DNA of 555 bases from a phage. Position numbers and translations under genes: made by a program. Below are positions 1-555 of the stretch, one piece after another (positions within the stretch are counted from its first letter, which is position 1; each line of letters starts with the position of its first letter). The stretch lies in sequence record EF517110.1; one strand, given 5' to 3'. The notes beneath the pieces are model-generated. The model searched no databases. It worked only from the letters and a program-made list of their open reading frames with translations, and was not told the DNA's origin.

Positions 1-100
1 TAGAGTACATAAAGTATGCATAATGGTGTACCTAGAGTGACCTCTAAGAATGGTGATTATATTGTATTAGTATCACCTTAACTTAAGGACCAACATAAAG

Positions 101-107
101 GGAGGAG
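101..107 (+). promoter_or_regulatory. Shine-Dalgarno / ribosome-binding site for the 112-261 CDS
   Basis: GGAGGAG at 101-107, a near-perfect complement to the 16S rRNA 3' end, with a 4-nt spacer (ACTC) before the ATG at 112. A CATAAAG heptamer (94-100) sits immediately upstream. Confidence 0.7.
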
Positions 108-111
108 ACTC

Positions 112-261
112 ATGTTCCGCTTATTGTTGAACCTACTGCGGCATAGAGTCACCTACCGATTTCTTGTGGTACTTTGTGCTGCCCTTGGGTACGCATCTCT
201 TACTGGAGACCTCAGTTCACTGGAGTTTGTCGTTTGCTCTATACTCACTTGTAGCGATTAG
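112..261 (+). CDS. 19.5: Small hydrophobic protein, 49 aa (MFRLLLNLLRHRVTYRFLVVLCAALGYASLTGDLSSLEFVVCSILTCSD), T7 gp19.5-like, function unknown
   Basis: Seen in sequence: ATG at 112-114, open frame of 49 codons, TAG stop at 259-261, with GGAGGAG four bases upstream. It is the only ORF in the window with a ribosome-binding site. From memory the position (last gene before the right terminal repeat) and the N-terminal sequence match T7 gene 19.5; not verified by search. Confidence 0.8.
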   Translation: MFRLLLNLLRHRVTYRFLVVLCAALGYASLTGDLSSLEFVVCSILTCSD

Positions 262-371
262 GGTCTTCCTGACCGACTGATGGCTCACCGAGGGATTCAG
301 CGGTATGATTGCATCACACCACTTCATCCCTATAGAGTCAAGTCTTAAGGTATACCCATAAAGAGCCTCTA

Positions 372-409
372 ATGGTCTATCCTAAGGTCTATACCTAAAG
401 ATAGGCCAT
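372..409. other. Imperfect inverted repeat (10-bp arms, one mismatch) bracketing two heptamers
   Basis: Seen in sequence: ATGGTCTATC (372-381) against GATAGGCCAT (400-409), complementary at 9 of 10 positions (T376/G405 is the mismatch). The 18-nt spacer holds CCTAAGG and the start of CCTAAAG. Confidence 0.3.
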
Positions 410-500
410 TCTATCAGTGTCACCTAAAGAGGGTCTTAGAGAGGGCCTATGGAGTTCCTATAGGGTCCTTTAAAATATACCATAAAAATCTGAGTGACTA

Positions 501-555
501 TCTCACAGTGTACGGACCTAAAATTTCCCCATAGGGGGTACCTAAAGCCCAGCCA
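501..555. repeat. Start of the direct terminal repeat of a T7-like genome (partial; continues beyond the window)
   Basis: From 501 the sequence reads TCTCACAGTGTACGGACCTAAA..CCCCATAGGGGGTACCTAAAGCCCAGCCA, which matches the first bases of the T7 genome and terminal repeat as I recall them, apart from two apparent substitutions. The distance from the gene 19.5 start to this boundary (389 bp) also fits the T7 layout as I remember it. Not verified by alignment. Confidence 0.7.
527..538. other. Short GC hairpin inside the terminal repeat (C4-ATA-G5)
   Basis: Seen in sequence: CCCC (527-530), ATA (531-533), GGGGG (534-538). This can form a 4-bp G:C stem with a 3-nt loop. Confidence 0.4.

Larger units (their letters stand above)
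357..547. repeat. Degenerate array of CCTAAAG-family heptamers, resembling the short-repeat array that flanks the terminal repeat in T7-like phages
   Basis: Seen in sequence: CATAAAG 357-363, CCTAAGG 381-387, CCTAAAG 394-400, CCTAAAG 423-429, CATAAAA 481-487, CCTAAAA 517-523, CCTAAAG 541-547, at irregular spacing in a non-coding stretch. Further copies lie upstream at 8-14 and 94-100. Established knowledge: T7 has arrays of 7-bp repeats on the inner side of both terminal repeat copies. Confidence 0.65.

Noticed and set aside
16-81. 21-codon ORF on the + strand starting at ATG 16-18
   Set aside because: No Shine-Dalgarno upstream and very short. It lies in what is most likely the 5' leader of the downstream gene.
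61-90. Possible host sigma-70 promoter (TTGTAT ... TAACTT-like hexamers) upstream of the gene
   Set aside because: The hexamers are poor matches to consensus and this is AT-rich DNA where such matches arise by chance. Transcription here is more plausibly driven from an upstream phage promoter outside the window.
220-327. Minus-strand ORF of about 35 codons (start codon complementary to 325-327) overlapping the 3' end of the + strand gene
   Set aside because: It is the longest minus-strand open frame in the window but still very short, has no evident ribosome-binding site and is antisense to a well-supported gene.
280-348. 22-codon ORF on the + strand starting at ATG 280-282
   Set aside because: No ribosome-binding site, very short, and it sits in the non-coding region just downstream of the annotated stop.
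457-465. CCTATAGGG (and TATAGAGTCA at 331-340), which superficially recalls the TATAGGG part of a T7 RNA polymerase promoter
   Set aside because: The conserved upstream promoter core (TAATACGACTCACTATA) is absent on both strands. Only the short palindromic CCTATAGG core is present, so this is not a credible phage promoter.
491-510. Short inverted repeat TGAG...CTCA spanning the unique/terminal-repeat boundary
   Set aside because: Only 4 bp of complementarity, which is indistinguishable from chance.
357-547. Possible CRISPR array suggested by the repeated heptamers
   Set aside because: The repeat unit is only 7 bp, degenerate and irregularly spaced. CRISPR repeats are much longer and separated by uniform-length spacers.

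Overview
This window looks like the right-end region of a T7-like podovirus (Autographiviridae), and from memory it matches phage T7 itself almost base for base; I could not run an alignment to confirm this. It contains one small, well-supported gene on the + strand (112-261, 49 codons, with a strong Shine-Dalgarno), which I recognise as T7 gene 19.5, a small hydrophobic protein of unknown function. Downstream is a non-coding stretch carrying a degenerate array of CCTAAAG-like heptamers (about 357-547). From position 501 the sequence matches the start of the T7 direct terminal repeat (TCTCACAGTGTACGGACC...), which runs off the end of the window. I see no rRNA, tRNA, CRISPR array, transposase or convincing minus-strand gene. 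I do not think this window holds a new biological system: it appears to be one of the best-characterised phage genome ends. What is worth a second look is modest: the function of the heptamer array, the function of the small membrane-type peptide, and two apparent base differences from the T7 terminal repeat as I remember it.
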